DNA of 64,000 nt from assembly GCA_963754315.1 (NCBI GenBank), contig CAVWFS010000018.1, forward strand, positions 288,001-352,000, in the 5' to 3' direction. Made by a program: the position numbers and the translations under genes. How positions within the stretch are numbered: position 1 is the first letter of the stretch; each line of letters starts with the position of its first letter. Positions 1-12,035 of the stretch are shown here, one piece after another. The DNA is from an uncultured Candidatus Rokubacteria bacterium (GTDB lineage: Bacteria; Methylomirabilota; Methylomirabilia; Rokubacteriales; CSP1-6). Under the pieces are notes generated by a model. That model ran no database searches, was not told where the DNA came from, and saw only the letters and a list, made by a program, of their open reading frames with translations.

Positions 1-59
1 CGGAAGTCGACCAGCTGGCCAAAAGCGCAGATGTCGGCCGCCAAGCGGCGGGGCCGTCC

Positions 60-89
60 TTGAAGTCGCCCCTGCCACGTCAATATAAT
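60..89 (+). promoter_or_regulatory. sigma70-type promoter for acs
   Basis: TTGAAG (60-65), 18-nt spacer, perfect TATAAT (84-89), about 50 nt upstream of the acs ATG. Confidence 0.6.
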
Positions 90-137
90 CGGCGCGCAGT
101 CCGGGGTTTAATCCGCGCTCGACGGTGAGGTCGCGCC

Positions 138-2087
<1,950 letters not shown>

Positions 2088-2133
2088 GCGGGTGTCGGGG
2101 CGATCGACCTCGAGGGAGACATCGACCTCCGCG

Positions 2134-2430
2134 GTGGCGCGTGTCCCGGTGGAGGTCGTGTCGTGGGTGACCAAGTTCGTCGGGGGCGACGGTTCGGGGC
2201 GGCGGCTCTTCGAGGAAACGCTCACGAACGGAGCGACCGTCCGGTCGGTGCTCCATGGTCTCTCGGCCCGCTTTCCCGAATTGGATCACGCGCTGTGGAA
2301 TGGTGCGGAGCTCGGCGAGCACATCGAGGTGCTGGTGAACGACGCCGTTCTCGACGTCCACCACACGCTCGATTCCCCCATCACTGCCGGCGACCGCATC
2401 ACCTTGCTCGGCCAGTACATGGGCGGCTGA
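2134..2430 (+). CDS. MoaD/ThiS-family ubiquitin-like sulfur carrier
   Basis: About 98 aa from GTG 2134; IEVLVND...GDRITLL and C-terminal GG. Confidence 0.8.
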   Translation: MARVPVEVVSWVTKFVGGDGSGRRLFEETLTNGATVRSVLHGLSARFPELDHALWNGAELGEHIEVLVNDAVLDVHHTLDSPITAGDRITLLGQYMGG

Positions 2431-2501
2431 GGCTGGAGCATAGACCGGAACGTCATGCCCTGAGGGCCGGCGCCGGGCGCCCCTCGCGCGTCCACGGTCC
2501 G

Positions 2502-3485
2502 TCAGAATACGTAGCGGCTGCCGACCGCTGACGGGGTAACCACCGATTCCCCGAACTCCTTCAGGAGCGCGTAGACGGCACGCCACCCTGTGCAGTGCGC
2601 GGGCATGATCTGGCGCAGGCCGAACTGCCTCAGGTGCGCCACCGTATCGGGGATCAAGACCTCGAGCGCGGTCCCGGACAGATGAAGCCCTCCGAGCACA
2701 CCGTAGAGCGGCACCTCCGGGAATACGTGACGGGCATGCAGCAGAACATTCACGATCCCGGCATGGGAGCAAGCACTGAACACGAGCAGCCCCTTCCCGA
2801 CTACGTGAACCGCCAGGTACCGTTCATCCATGATGAGGGGGTCTGGCTCCCATGCCGCCTCGGGGGACCGGCGGCAGAGATGGTCAGGGCGGCCCTTCTC
2901 GAAGGCCGACACCCTCGGTATCTCGCCGCTCAGGTAGAAGCACCCCTCGGCCAACGCCCGGGCCTCGCTGCTGTTGATCACCCTTGCCCCGTGAGCGGTC
3001 AGGGCCGCGGGCGAGGGGACGGGCTGAAAGGGAGCGATCTGACCGGTCGTCAACGTCGCCGCGCGCTCCAGGAACATGCCCGGATTCACGTGACACGGTA
3101 TCGGACGGCCCGGGCTGGTGGGTACGATGTGATCGAGGGCGTCCAGCAACGCTCCCATGTGATCCCAGTGCCCATGGGAGACGGCGATCTCCTCCACCGC
3201 GGCCAGCCTCACCCCGAGATTGTGACAGTTCCGCACGAAGAGCACGCCCTCCGGTCCTGCGTCGAAGAGTATGGTGTGCTGGCGGGGGCCGACGTGCGCG
3301 GTCAGCACGAGAGCCAGACCGAGCTGAGCACAGCAGAGGGTGGGGCCGGAGAGCTCCCTTGCCCCCGCCGCCATCACGTTGTTGAACTCGGGCGAGACGT
3401 GCGGCGGCTTGCTCGAATAGCTGTCGCTCAGATTGTCGAGCGCAATGTCCACCACCAGCTTGTCTACGGGCCTGAGCTGCGCCAT
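2502..3485 (-). CDS. MBL-fold metallo-hydrolase (DHPS-like MBL subfamily)
   Basis: ILFDAG, SHGHWDH metal motif, ACSHAG, GGLHL, PAHCTG; likely start ATG 3485. Confidence 0.85.
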   Translation of the reverse strand: MAQLRPVDKLVVDIALDNLSDSYSSKPPHVSPEFNNVMAAGARELSGPTLCCAQLGLALVLTAHVGPRQHTILFDAGPEGVLFVRNCHNLGVRLAAVEEIAVSHGHWDHMGALLDALDHIVPTSPGRPIPCHVNPGMFLERAATLTTGQIAPFQPVPSPAALTAHGARVINSSEARALAEGCFYLSGEIPRVSAFEKGRPDHLCRRSPEAAWEPDPLIMDERYLAVHVVGKGLLVFSACSHAGIVNVLLHARHVFPEVPLYGVLGGLHLSGTALEVLIPDTVAHLRQFGLRQIMPAHCTGWRAVYALLKEFGESVVTPSAVGSRYVF

Positions 3486-3604
3486 GAGTTGGGCCTCCGA
3501 TCCGCCCCGATATTTCGGGTAGGTTCCGACTATTTTGGCGCGGCGGCCGGGCAAACGCGTACGGTACGTGGCCCGCCCGTTCGTGGAGATGTCCCGTGCA
3601 TCAC

Positions 3605-3633
3605 TTGACTTCCCGGGATCCCGCCTCGAAGAT
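3605..3633 (+). promoter_or_regulatory. possible sigma70 promoter for fhs-folD
   Basis: TTGACT-17 nt-GAAGAT. Confidence 0.35.
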
Positions 3634-3768
3634 CGCGGAATACAACGTGTCCGCCGTGCGGATCGAGCTCGCGCGGAGCTGACGACAACGCCGACCCTGT
3701 TCCTGGGCCCAATGTCGCCGGGTCAGCCTTCTCCGGTCATCGTGGCGCCCATGTGAGGAGAGCGCCCG

Positions 3769-5445
3769 ATGGGGAAGAGCGACATCGAGATCGCCCGCGA
3801 GACGAAGCTGCAAGCCATCGCGACCGTTGCCGAAGGCCTGGGACTGACGGACGGCGACCTCGAACTGTACGGGCGCCACAAGGCCAAGGTCCGTGTCGAG
3901 ACCTTCGAGCGTCTGCGCACCCGGCCCGACGGAGCGCTGGTGCTGGTGACGGCCATGACGCCGACGCCGGCCGGCGAAGGGAAGTCCACCACCACGGTGG
4001 GCCTTGGTGACGCCTTCCGGCGGCTGGGCAAGCGCTCGATCGTCACCATACGCGAGCCCTCCCTCGGTCCCTGTTTCGGGGTGAAGGGAGGCGCCGCTGG
4101 CGGGGGGTACGCACAGGTCGTACCCATGGAGGACATCAACCTGCACTTCACGGGCGATCTACACGCCGTCACAGCCGCCCATAACCTGCTGGCCGCCATC
4201 GTCGACAACCACATTTTTCAGGGCAACACTCTCGGCCTCGACGCGCGGCGCGTCCTCTGGAAGCGCGTGCTCGACATGAACGACAGGGCCCTGCGCAACC
4301 TCGTGATCGGGCTGGGCGGACCTATTCACGGTGTTCCGCGGGAGTCTGGTTTCGAGATCACGGTAGCCTCGGAGATCATGGCCATCCTCTGTCTGGCCAA
4401 CGATCTGGCTGATCTCAAGCGGCGCATTGCACGGGCCGTGGTGGGGGAGCGTGCCGACGGAAGCCTGGTGAACGCGGGGGATCTCGGCGTGGCGGGAGCC
4501 CTCGCTGTCCTCCTGCGCGACGCCATCAAACCGAATCTGGTGCAGACGCTCGAGGGAACGCCGGCCTTCGTGCACGGCGGCCCCTTCGCCAATATCGCGC
4601 ACGGCTGCAACAGCCTGATGGCGACCCGGTTGGCCCTCAAGCTGGGCGAGGTCGTGGTGACGGAGGCAGGATTCGCCAGCGATCTCGGCGCCGAGAAGTT
4701 CTTCGACATCAAGTGTCGCGCGGGCGGACTGACGCCGGCGGCGGCGGTGGTGGTGGCGACGGTGCGTGCGCTCAAGATGCACGGCGGCGTGGCCCGCGAG
4801 CAACTCGAGCGGGAGAACGTGGACGCGGTACAGGCGGGTCTCGCGAATCTAGAGAAGCACGTGGAGAACGTCAAGCGCTTCGGCGTGGCCCCGGTGGTGG
4901 CCCTCAATCACTTCATCGCAGATTCGGACGCCGAGATTGAGACCGTGATGCGCGCGTGCCAGCGTCTTGGGGTGCCCGGCTGCCTTTCCCGTGTGTGGGA
5001 GCGGGGCGGGGCGGGCGGGACAGACCTGGCCGAGGCGGTCCTGCGCGCCATGGGGGCACCGAACCGACCATCCTTCCGGCCCCTCTATCCCGATGAGCTG
5101 CCGCTGGTGAAGAAGATCGAGGCCATCGCCACAAGTCTCTATGGCGCCGATGGCGTCAGCGTGCTGCCGGCGGCGCAGACGAAGCTGACGAAATACGAGA
5201 GTTTGGGGTATGGCCAGCTGCCAGTCTGCATCGCCAAGACTCAGAATTCCCTCTCTGACGACCCCCGAAAGCTCGGCCGTCCTCGAGGCTTCACGGTGAC
5301 GATCCGAGACGCCAAGCTCTCGGCGGGTGCCGGCTTCGTGGTGGCCTATGCCGGCGACATCCTGACCATGCCCGGACTGCCAAAGAAACCGGCGGCGGAG
5401 TCGATTGACATCGACGAGAGCGGGCAGGTAGTCGGGCTCTTCTAG
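3769..5445 (+). CDS. fhs: formate--tetrahydrofolate ligase
   Basis: [53 protein letters not shown]. Confidence 0.97.
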   Translation: MGKSDIEIARETKLQAIATVAEGLGLTDGDLELYGRHKAKVRVETFERLRTRPDGALVLVTAMTPTPAGEGKSTTTVGLGDAFRRLGKRSIVTIREPSLGPCFGVKGGAAGGGYAQVVPMEDINLHFTGDLHAVTAAHNLLAAIVDNHIFQGNTLGLDARRVLWKRVLDMNDRALRNLVIGLGGPIHGVPRESGFEITVASEIMAILCLANDLADLKRRIARAVVGERADGSLVNAGDLGVAGALAVLLRDAIKPNLVQTLEGTPAFVHGGPFANIAHGCNSLMATRLALKLGEVVVTEAGFASDLGAEKFFDIKCRAGGLTPAAAVVVATVRALKMHGGVAREQLERENVDAVQAGLANLEKHVENVKRFGVAPVVALNHFIADSDAEIETVMRACQRLGVPGCLSRVWERGGAGGTDLAEAVLRAMGAPNRPSFRPLYPDELPLVKKIEAIATSLYGADGVSVLPAAQTKLTKYESLGYGQLPVCIAKTQNSLSDDPRKLGRPRGFTVTIRDAKLSAGAGFVVAYAGDILTMPGLPKKPAAESIDIDESGQVVGLF

Positions 5446-5449
5446 TTTC

Positions 5450-6304
5450 ATGGCCATCATCCTCGACGGCAAGGCAGTGGCGGCCAGCATCCAGCGTGAG
5501 GTGGCATCGGCCACAGCCGCGCTACGAGCCAGGTGGGGCGTCGTGCCAACTCTCGCCGTGATCCTGGTGGGGGACGACCCGGCGTCGAGGATCTACGTGG
5601 GCCGCAAGACACAGGCGTGCCGCGAGGCGGGCATCGAAGCCCGAGACCACCTCTTTCCCGAGGGTATATCCGAAGAGTCACTGCTGGCGCTGGTGCGGGA
5701 GCTGAACGACGCGCGCGACGTGCACGGGATCCTCGTCCAGCTTCCCCTCCCCAACGGTATCGACGAGGCGCGCGTGCTGGACGCCATCGACCCCGCCAAG
5801 GACGTCGACGGCTTCCATCCCCAGAATCTGGGGCGATTACTCATCGGTCAGCCGATCGTCGTGCCTGGCACACCGGCCGGGATCATGGCGATCTTGGAGC
5901 ACTACCAGATCGGCCTGCGGGGGCGTTTGGCTACCGTGGTCGGCCGCTCACGCATCGTGGGCAAGCCGGTGGCTCAGCTTCTCCTGGCTCAGGACGCCAC
6001 CGTCACCACGGCTCACAGCAAGACGCCTGACCTAGCCGCCGTCACGCGCCAGGCCGACGTACTGGTGGTCGCCACCGGACGAGCTCACCTGGTGGGCGCG
6101 ACGCACGTGAAACCTGGCGCAACCGTCATCGATGTGGGTGTCAATCGCCTCCCGGACGGCAAGCTCGCCGGCGACGTCGACTTTGCCGCCGTTTCGCCCA
6201 TTGCCTCCGCCATCACGCCTGTGCCGGGCGGGGTCGGCCCGACCACGGTGGCCATGCTGATGCGCAACACGTTGCGCGCCTGTCGTCGCCAGCTCGGTGA
6301 TTGA
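5450..6304 (+). CDS. folD: bifunctional methylene-THF dehydrogenase/cyclohydrolase
   Basis: ILVQLPLP, KDVDGFHP, GRSRIVGKP, TPVPGGVGP. Confidence 0.96.
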   Translation: MAIILDGKAVAASIQREVASATAALRARWGVVPTLAVILVGDDPASRIYVGRKTQACREAGIEARDHLFPEGISEESLLALVRELNDARDVHGILVQLPLPNGIDEARVLDAIDPAKDVDGFHPQNLGRLLIGQPIVVPGTPAGIMAILEHYQIGLRGRLATVVGRSRIVGKPVAQLLLAQDATVTTAHSKTPDLAAVTRQADVLVVATGRAHLVGATHVKPGATVIDVGVNRLPDGKLAGDVDFAAVSPIASAITPVPGGVGPTTVAMLMRNTLRACRRQLGD

Positions 6305-6472
6305 TGTAGGTTCCCGTATGAAGTGTTTTCGGGGGGATTCGAGTGTCTCGCCGACCGTCCCTGATCCCTGATCCCTGGCGCCTGCGTCGGGAGCTGCTCG
6401 TAGCCTTGGTGGATGCCGGGAGCTCGGCAAGGGTGATTGAACACACGCGTGGCAGTGGTAGACTTCCCGGCC

Positions 6473-7393
6473 ATGCTCAACCCGTTCAAGCAGCCCGAGC
6501 TCATCAAGGCCGAGTCGTTTGCCTCGATGCCGGTGAAGTTCCGCGTCAAGGGCCGGACGGCGTGGTCGGATCCGAACCGGCAGGGCGCGGAAGTGGACAG
6601 CTTCCTGGAGGGGCCGTCCTTCGATCGCGCGGGGAATCTCTATGTCGTCGACATCCCGTTCGGACGTGTCTTCAAGATCACCCCGGCCCGCGAGTGGGAG
6701 CTGGTGGTCCAGTACGACGGGTGGCCCAACGGGCTCAAGTTCCACAGCGACGGCCGCATCGCCATTGCCGACTACCGTCGCGGCCTGATGATCTTGGACC
6801 CTGGTCCGGGAACGATTGAACCTTTGCTCGAGACCGCCTACAGCGAAGGCTTCAAGGGGCTGAACGATCTGCACTTCGCGTCCAACGGCGACCTCTATTT
6901 CACCGACCAGGGACAGACGGGTGTCGCCGATCCCACGGGACGGGTATTTCGCCTACGCGCCGACGGGGTGTTGGATCGCCTCGCGAGCAATGTGCCGAGT
7001 CCCAATGGCATCACGCTCAACACGCGGAACACCCAGGTCTACGTGGCGGTCACGCGCGCCCAGCAGATTTGGCGACTGCCGCTGATGGCCGATGGGCAGC
7101 CGTCCAAGACGGGCGTCGCTATCCAGCTATCCGGGGGGCATGCCGGCCCCGACGGCATCGAGATGGACGCGGAAGACGGTCTTGTCGTGTGTCATCTCGG
7201 CGTGGGAGTGTGGCGCTTCGACTCGAATTGCCTACCCACGCACCTCGTCCATGCCGAGGGCCACCGGCTCCTCACCAACGTGGCTTTTGGCGGCCCGGAC
7301 CGCCGGACGCTTTACATCACGGATTCGCTGAACGGGGAGATTCTCACCGCCTCCATGCCGGTTGCGGGCAAGCTCATGTTCGGCCTTGGGTAG
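6473..7393 (+). CDS. SMP-30/gluconolactonase/LRE family beta-propeller
   Basis: LEGPSFD, PNGL, NDL, PNGI, PDGI motifs; likely start ATG 6473. Confidence 0.88.
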   Translation: MLNPFKQPELIKAESFASMPVKFRVKGRTAWSDPNRQGAEVDSFLEGPSFDRAGNLYVVDIPFGRVFKITPAREWELVVQYDGWPNGLKFHSDGRIAIADYRRGLMILDPGPGTIEPLLETAYSEGFKGLNDLHFASNGDLYFTDQGQTGVADPTGRVFRLRADGVLDRLASNVPSPNGITLNTRNTQVYVAVTRAQQIWRLPLMADGQPSKTGVAIQLSGGHAGPDGIEMDAEDGLVVCHLGVGVWRFDSNCLPTHLVHAEGHRLLTNVAFGGPDRRTLYITDSLNGEILTASMPVAGKLMFGLG

Positions 7394-7448
7394 GCACTGA
7401 GCTGGCCGCGTCCCATGGCCGGCGCGATATATGATCAGCGGCGCGGCC

Positions 7449-7733
7449 ATGGCAACCTACGAGATCATTTCCTGGCGCGGCGTGCCCGCTATCGTCGAGG
7501 CACGCGACGAGCAGGGGGCGGTCACGCGGCCCCTCAGCGACCGCTTCCAGATGCTCATCGATAGCGCCGCCATGCAGCTCGGACTCCAGGGCTCGGAAGA
7601 ATACCTGGAGCAGTGGAGCCGCAGTTCGGCACTCGAACGGACAGGGTCGGCCGAGCAGGTGGCGGACGCGGTCGCCGCTGACCTCGAGGGGCGCTTCCCA
7701 GAATTCATTGGCCAGGCGTTCGGCCGCTCTTGA
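7449..7733 (+). CDS. 'virulence factor' domain small protein (Virulence_fact-like)
   Basis: WRGVPAIV...LSDRFQMLIDSAAM...EEYLEQW pattern characteristic of this family. Confidence 0.7.
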   Translation: MATYEIISWRGVPAIVEARDEQGAVTRPLSDRFQMLIDSAAMQLGLQGSEEYLEQWSRSSALERTGSAEQVADAVAADLEGRFPEFIGQAFGRS

Positions 7734-7847
7734 CGGGAGCGCACGCCGGTCGCGAAGAGCCGGTCTATCCCGGGGCGATGATGGATGCTTGACGCTGAGG
7801 GTAGCCCTCAGTAGGGTGGCGTCAACGGCTGCCGAGCGGGAGACAGC

Positions 7848-8783
7848 ATGGGAACGATCCCGATAAAGCTCATCGAGGATACGGCGCGGGAGCTGATGGC
7901 CCGAGCTGCCATCGACATTCCGACCGACTATCGCGAAGGCGTGCGGCGTGCCCGAGATCGGGAGCACAACCGGCTCGCGCGCTTCGTGCTGGACGAGATG
8001 GACGCCAACTGGGACATTGCCAGCGCCGATCGCCGGCCGATGTGCGCGGACACGGGGCTGCCGCGCTACTACGTGCGGGCCGGAAATGGGGCCATGGTGG
8101 AGGGCGGCTTCGTAGCCCTCGAACGTGCCCTGCGGGTCGCCACGGCTGATGCCACCGCCTCCATCCCACTCCGACCCAATCGGGTGCACCCGCTCACCCG
8201 CGTCGATCACAACAACAACGTGGGGATGCACGCCCCCGAGATCACCTACGCCTTCGAGCCGGACGCCGAGTGGATCGACCTCACCGTGGTGCACAAGGGG
8301 GGCCTCTTCGGAAGTGACTACCGCATGCTCTTTCCGGCCGACGGCGTTCCCGGCCTCAGGCGCTTCTTTGTGGATACCCTCGTGCAGTTCGGCAAGCGAG
8401 GCCTGGCCTGTCAGCCCGCCATCGTGGGGGTCGGCATCGGGGGGAGTAAAGACACGTGCGTGAGACTCGGCAAGGAGGCGGCGTGCTTGCGCGCGGTGGG
8501 TAGCCAGAACCCGGATCCGGAGATCGCCCGGCTGGAGTCGGAGCTGACCGAGCTCGGCAACTACATCGGCATCGGGGCGATGGGCTTCGCCGGCACGTCG
8601 ATGGTGGTGGCGACTCACATCGAGGTCGCTTACACCCACACGGGAGGGATGCCCGTGGGAATTCACCAGTTCTGCCTATCCTCCCGCCGGGCGACGGCGC
8701 GCGTGCATCCCGGCGGCCGCGTCGAGTTCCGTGGCGATCCTCGGTGGTTCACCGACTACTATCGCCGGACCGGGATCGAGTGA
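7848..8783 (+). CDS. Fe-S hydro-lyase, tartrate dehydratase/fumarate hydratase alpha subunit-like
   Basis: PMCADTG, LRPN, KGG, ACQPAIVGVGIGG, IGIGAMGFAG, C-terminal Cys. Confidence 0.88.
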   Translation: MGTIPIKLIEDTARELMARAAIDIPTDYREGVRRARDREHNRLARFVLDEMDANWDIASADRRPMCADTGLPRYYVRAGNGAMVEGGFVALERALRVATADATASIPLRPNRVHPLTRVDHNNNVGMHAPEITYAFEPDAEWIDLTVVHKGGLFGSDYRMLFPADGVPGLRRFFVDTLVQFGKRGLACQPAIVGVGIGGSKDTCVRLGKEAACLRAVGSQNPDPEIARLESELTELGNYIGIGAMGFAGTSMVVATHIEVAYTHTGGMPVGIHQFCLSSRRATARVHPGGRVEFRGDPRWFTDYYRRTGIE

Positions 8784-8830
8784 AGCAACCCGTAAACTGC
8801 TCGCGGTCCATGCGCCTCGACGACATCGCG

Positions 8831-9487
8831 ATGGACGAAGTGCGGCTTACCACGCCGGTGAGCGAAGAGGCAATGGGCCGCCTGAAGCTTGGCGACATCG
8901 TCTACCTCGACGGGGCCCTCTTCACCGCGCGCGAAGGCGTCTACCGGAAGGTCGTCGACGAAGGACACGAACTGCCCCCCGCTGTCCGCGCCCTCACCAA
9001 CGTCAATTTCCACTGCTCGCCGGCGGCCAGTCGGCGCGCAGACGGGCGCTACGCGGTGGAGGCCGTCACGGCCACCGCCAGCTTCCGCTTTGGCAAATCG
9101 TTCGTGCGCTGGTTCGAGCGCTCGGGCACCAAGGTCATCGTGGGCAAGGCTGGGCTGACGGAGACGGCCTATCGCGAGTGGTTCGTCCCTCACGGCGCCG
9201 TGTACCTGACCACCGTGGGTTACGGCCTGGGGGCGGCCTACGGGCGGGCCATCAAGCGTGTGGTCGACGTGCACTGGCTGGAGGAGCTCGGGATCGCGCA
9301 GGCCCTCTGGGTCCTGGAAGTGGAGCGGCTCGGTCCTTTCCTGGTCGAGGGCGACCGCGACGGACGGAGCCTCTTCGCGCTGGCCAACCGTGAGATCAAC
9401 CTCCGCCTGCAGGAGGTCTATGGGGCATTGCCTCCCTATGCCATGAACCGCTTCGGCGAGGTCTCCACCCTCGACGAGGTGGTGTAG
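8831..9487 (+). CDS. Fe-S hydro-lyase beta subunit (fumarate hydratase C-terminal domain)
   Basis: LKLGDIVYLDGALFTARE, HCSP, TATASFR, IVGKAG, ELGIAQA; follows the alpha subunit. Confidence 0.85.
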   Translation: MDEVRLTTPVSEEAMGRLKLGDIVYLDGALFTAREGVYRKVVDEGHELPPAVRALTNVNFHCSPAASRRADGRYAVEAVTATASFRFGKSFVRWFERSGTKVIVGKAGLTETAYREWFVPHGAVYLTTVGYGLGAAYGRAIKRVVDVHWLEELGIAQALWVLEVERLGPFLVEGDRDGRSLFALANREINLRLQEVYGALPPYAMNRFGEVSTLDEVV

Positions 9488-10185
9488 CCACGTGATCCCC
9501 CTGCCTTTGCCGAGTCCGCGGACTCGCCCCGAAGCGTCTGCGTGGGCACGGAGCTGGCGACGTCAAGAACGAACAGTACCGGGTGATGAATCAGTCGCTC
9601 CCACCACGGACCGAGCCAGTCTGTGCGGAGCACCCGGAGGCCGTGGGCGGCGAACAGAGCTGCCCACTCATCGCATGTCCGGAAGGCGAGGGGAACGTTC
9701 ATGGCGCCGCCGTGCCGGAGCGCGTTCAGACGCCGGTCGAGGAGATCGAGCCAGAACCTGTCGAGGCGATTGCGGGCGACCGACTCGGTCACGATGAGCC
9801 GGTGGCGGGTGACCCGACGCGCCTCGTCCAGCACGCGCTCCGGATCGGCGCAGTGATGCAGGGTGAGGAGGAGCACGGTGGTGTCGAACGCGTGGTCCGG
9901 AAACGGTAGCCGCTCGCCGTCGTAGACGACGTACGGACCGGGGGTCTGGGCAAAGGGCCCGACGTCGCTCGCGCAGACCCACACGCTCCCCGGCGCTCGC
10001 GCATGCGCTGTCTCCCCGACACTATTCAGCTCATTGCCGAGGACGCTCCCCACATAGCCTTCGCCGGCGCCCAGGTCCAGCACGCGTCGACCGACGACGA
10101 AGGGAGCCACCGCCATCGCCTCTGCGCGTGCGTAGCGGCGCAGAAACGCCTGCAGGAGTGGCACGCCCCTATGACTCCCGATCAC
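9436..10185 (-). CDS. class I SAM-dependent methyltransferase
   Basis: VLDLGAGEG, YDGERLPFPDHAFD, LHH; GTG start overlaps the upstream stop. Confidence 0.85.
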   Translation of the reverse strand: MIGSHRGVPLLQAFLRRYARAEAMAVAPFVVGRRVLDLGAGEGYVGSVLGNELNSVGETAHARAPGSVWVCASDVGPFAQTPGPYVVYDGERLPFPDHAFDTTVLLLTLHHCADPERVLDEARRVTRHRLIVTESVARNRLDRFWLDLLDRRLNALRHGGAMNVPLAFRTCDEWAALFAAHGLRVLRTDWLGPWWERLIHHPVLFVLDVASSVPTQTLRGESADSAKAGGSRGYTTSSRVETSPKRFMA

Positions 10186-10926
10186 TTTCCCGTGAGAGAC
10201 TCGAGGAGCTTCCGGGCATCGCGGGTGTCCTTCATGGTCCAGTCGGCGGGATTGGAGGGCGTCGTCTCTTCCAAGACCGCCTGAGCCTCGCGTCGGGCTT
10301 CTGCGATCTTGCCCTTCTTAGCAAGGGTTCTGGCCAGGCCCACTCGCGCCGTGGTGAAGGTAGGGATCTGGTTGAGGGCGGTACGAAAGTTCTCCTCGGC
10401 CTTGTCGAGGTCGCCGCCAAGTACGAGCGGGGACCTCGTAGTAGACGTAGCCCATCACCACGTAAGCGCCCGTGAAATTGGGATCGAGCGCGAGGGTGGT
10501 GGCGAGCTCCTCGCGAACGGTCGGGAGCAGAAACAGCGAGCGAACGACCCCGTTTGTCTGACCCCACCGCCCGGTATTCGTTGCATACCAGAAGCGAGCC
10601 TTCGCATCGCGCGGGGCCAGCTCGATGGCCCGTTTCCCGGCGTGGCGTCCCCGCTCGTAGGCTTCGAGCTTCTGCTCCTTGGTGGCAGCGCGGATGTCGC
10701 CCCAGAGAAAGGATATTCTGGCGAGCCCGATCCAGTTCGTCGGATGGGGGTCGGCGGCCACCGCGCTTTCCAGGTCCGCGCGGAGGCGGTCGAGCTGGGC
10801 GGGATCCTTGTGATACTGAGAGGCAGCCACATCGAGCTGCTCGAGCAAGTGCGTCTGGGCATGCGCCTGTCCCAGGTTCAGCGCGATGAGCACGATCGCC
10901 ACGATCGTGTGCCGGGCGGAGCTCAT
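10182..10926 (-). CDS. exported TPR-like (TatT-like) helical protein, frameshifted near 10430
   Basis: Signal peptide (..LGQAHA/Q). The frame breaks at YYEVP (CCCC run); removing one C continues LVLGGDLDKAEENFR...LLESLTGK* to a stop at 10182 that overlaps the next start. Confidence 0.75.
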
Positions 10927-12035
10927 CACGACGGTGCGGGGACTCGCGGGGCCCACAGCGCATCATTGATGAGGCGCTGGACGTCGGCTGGACCTAAGGT
11001 GGGCGGGCCCACTCCATGACGGGCCAGGGCCCGCCGGGCGTGAGTGTCGTCGAAGCGCACCTCGTGATTCAGATAGTCCCGGTAGCGCCCGAGTATCGTG
11101 CGCAGGCGGCGCTCGAGCACCGACAGGTTCGGGAGCGCCGCCGTTCGCCTGTCCACCAGGGTGAAAACGCGAACGCCGAGGTGCTCGGTAATCATGTCGA
11201 GCATCGATTGCTGCCGGGGTGCTTCGGATACTACCAGATGAAAGGTTTGCCGGGTGCTCTGCCGACACCGAGTGAGCCGGACGATGCTACGCGCGACATA
11301 TCCGAGCGGCACGACATTGAAGCACGCTCGGGGGGCTGCCTCGATGCGAAGAGGCATGCTCGCCCCTGCCGCGTGATGCGCCAGCGCCGCCGCCATGCGG
11401 ATGAAGCGGAAGAGCAGGGTGGATGGCGCGCCACCGAAGGTGGCGGGTCCGCGACCCACCACCGCGCTGGGACGGAAGATGCGAACATCGATGCTCTGTC
11501 GGAGCCCCGCCGCGCGCATCGCCGTTTCTGCCTCGAGCTTGACGCGCTCGTACGGATTGTGAAACTCCTGGCCGACATCGCCCTCGCTTTCCAGCGCCAC
11601 CCCCGTGCGACGCCCGCACACCCAGGCCGTAGACAGGTGCGCCCAGGTGACGAGGCGTCCGCCGGCCAGCCAGTCCAGGAGACTTGTCGGTCCCTCGACA
11701 TGGCCGGCCCGAAATCGGTCCAGATATTCGGGAAAGAACACGGTCTCACCCGCGCAGTTGATCACCGTCGTCACGCTGTCACGCAGTCGGCCGCGCGTGG
11801 CACGCGAGAGGCCGGCCTCTGGCTCGGCCAGGTCTCCTTCGACGACCTCGAGGTTGGCCAGCCGCCCGGCGGCCCCTAGGGCGGATCCCACACGGGTCGC
11901 CGCGCTGCGGCCACCCTGGGCGCGGGCGAGCGCCGTGACCAGGTCGCCGCCGGCCAGAAGACGGCGCAGTACCGCCCTGCCGATAAAGCCGGTGGCGCCG
12001 GTTACCAGCACGCGCCCAGCAGGGGGGCGGTTCAT
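10926..12035 (-). CDS. extended SDR / NAD-binding-4 (fatty acyl-CoA reductase/thioester reductase-like)
   Basis: VLVTGATGFIG, HLSTAWV, NPYERVK, RPSAVVG; ATGA overlap with the upstream GT. Confidence 0.85.
   Translation of the reverse strand: MNRPPAGRVLVTGATGFIGRAVLRRLLAGGDLVTALARAQGGRSAATRVGSALGAAGRLANLEVVEGDLAEPEAGLSRATRGRLRDSVTTVINCAGETVFFPEYLDRFRAGHVEGPTSLLDWLAGGRLVTWAHLSTAWVCGRRTGVALESEGDVGQEFHNPYERVKLEAETAMRAAGLRQSIDVRIFRPSAVVGRGPATFGGAPSTLLFRFIRMAAALAHHAAGASMPLRIEAAPRACFNVVPLGYVARSIVRLTRCRQSTRQTFHLVVSEAPRQQSMLDMITEHLGVRVFTLVDRRTAALPNLSVLERRLRTILGRYRDYLNHEVRFDDTHARRALARHGVGPPTLGPADVQRLINDALWAPRVPAPS

Noticed and set aside
6358..6377. Heptamer repeat (TCCCTGA) x about 2.7 downstream of folD
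   Set aside because: Too short to support a function; likely a simple repeat.
7391..9564. Similar 22-mers at about 7391 and 9543 (GGCACnGAGCTGGC..CGTC) flanking the hydro-lyase block, resembling att/target duplications
   Set aside because: Only about 18/22 identical in GC-rich DNA, with no integrase or compositional shift.
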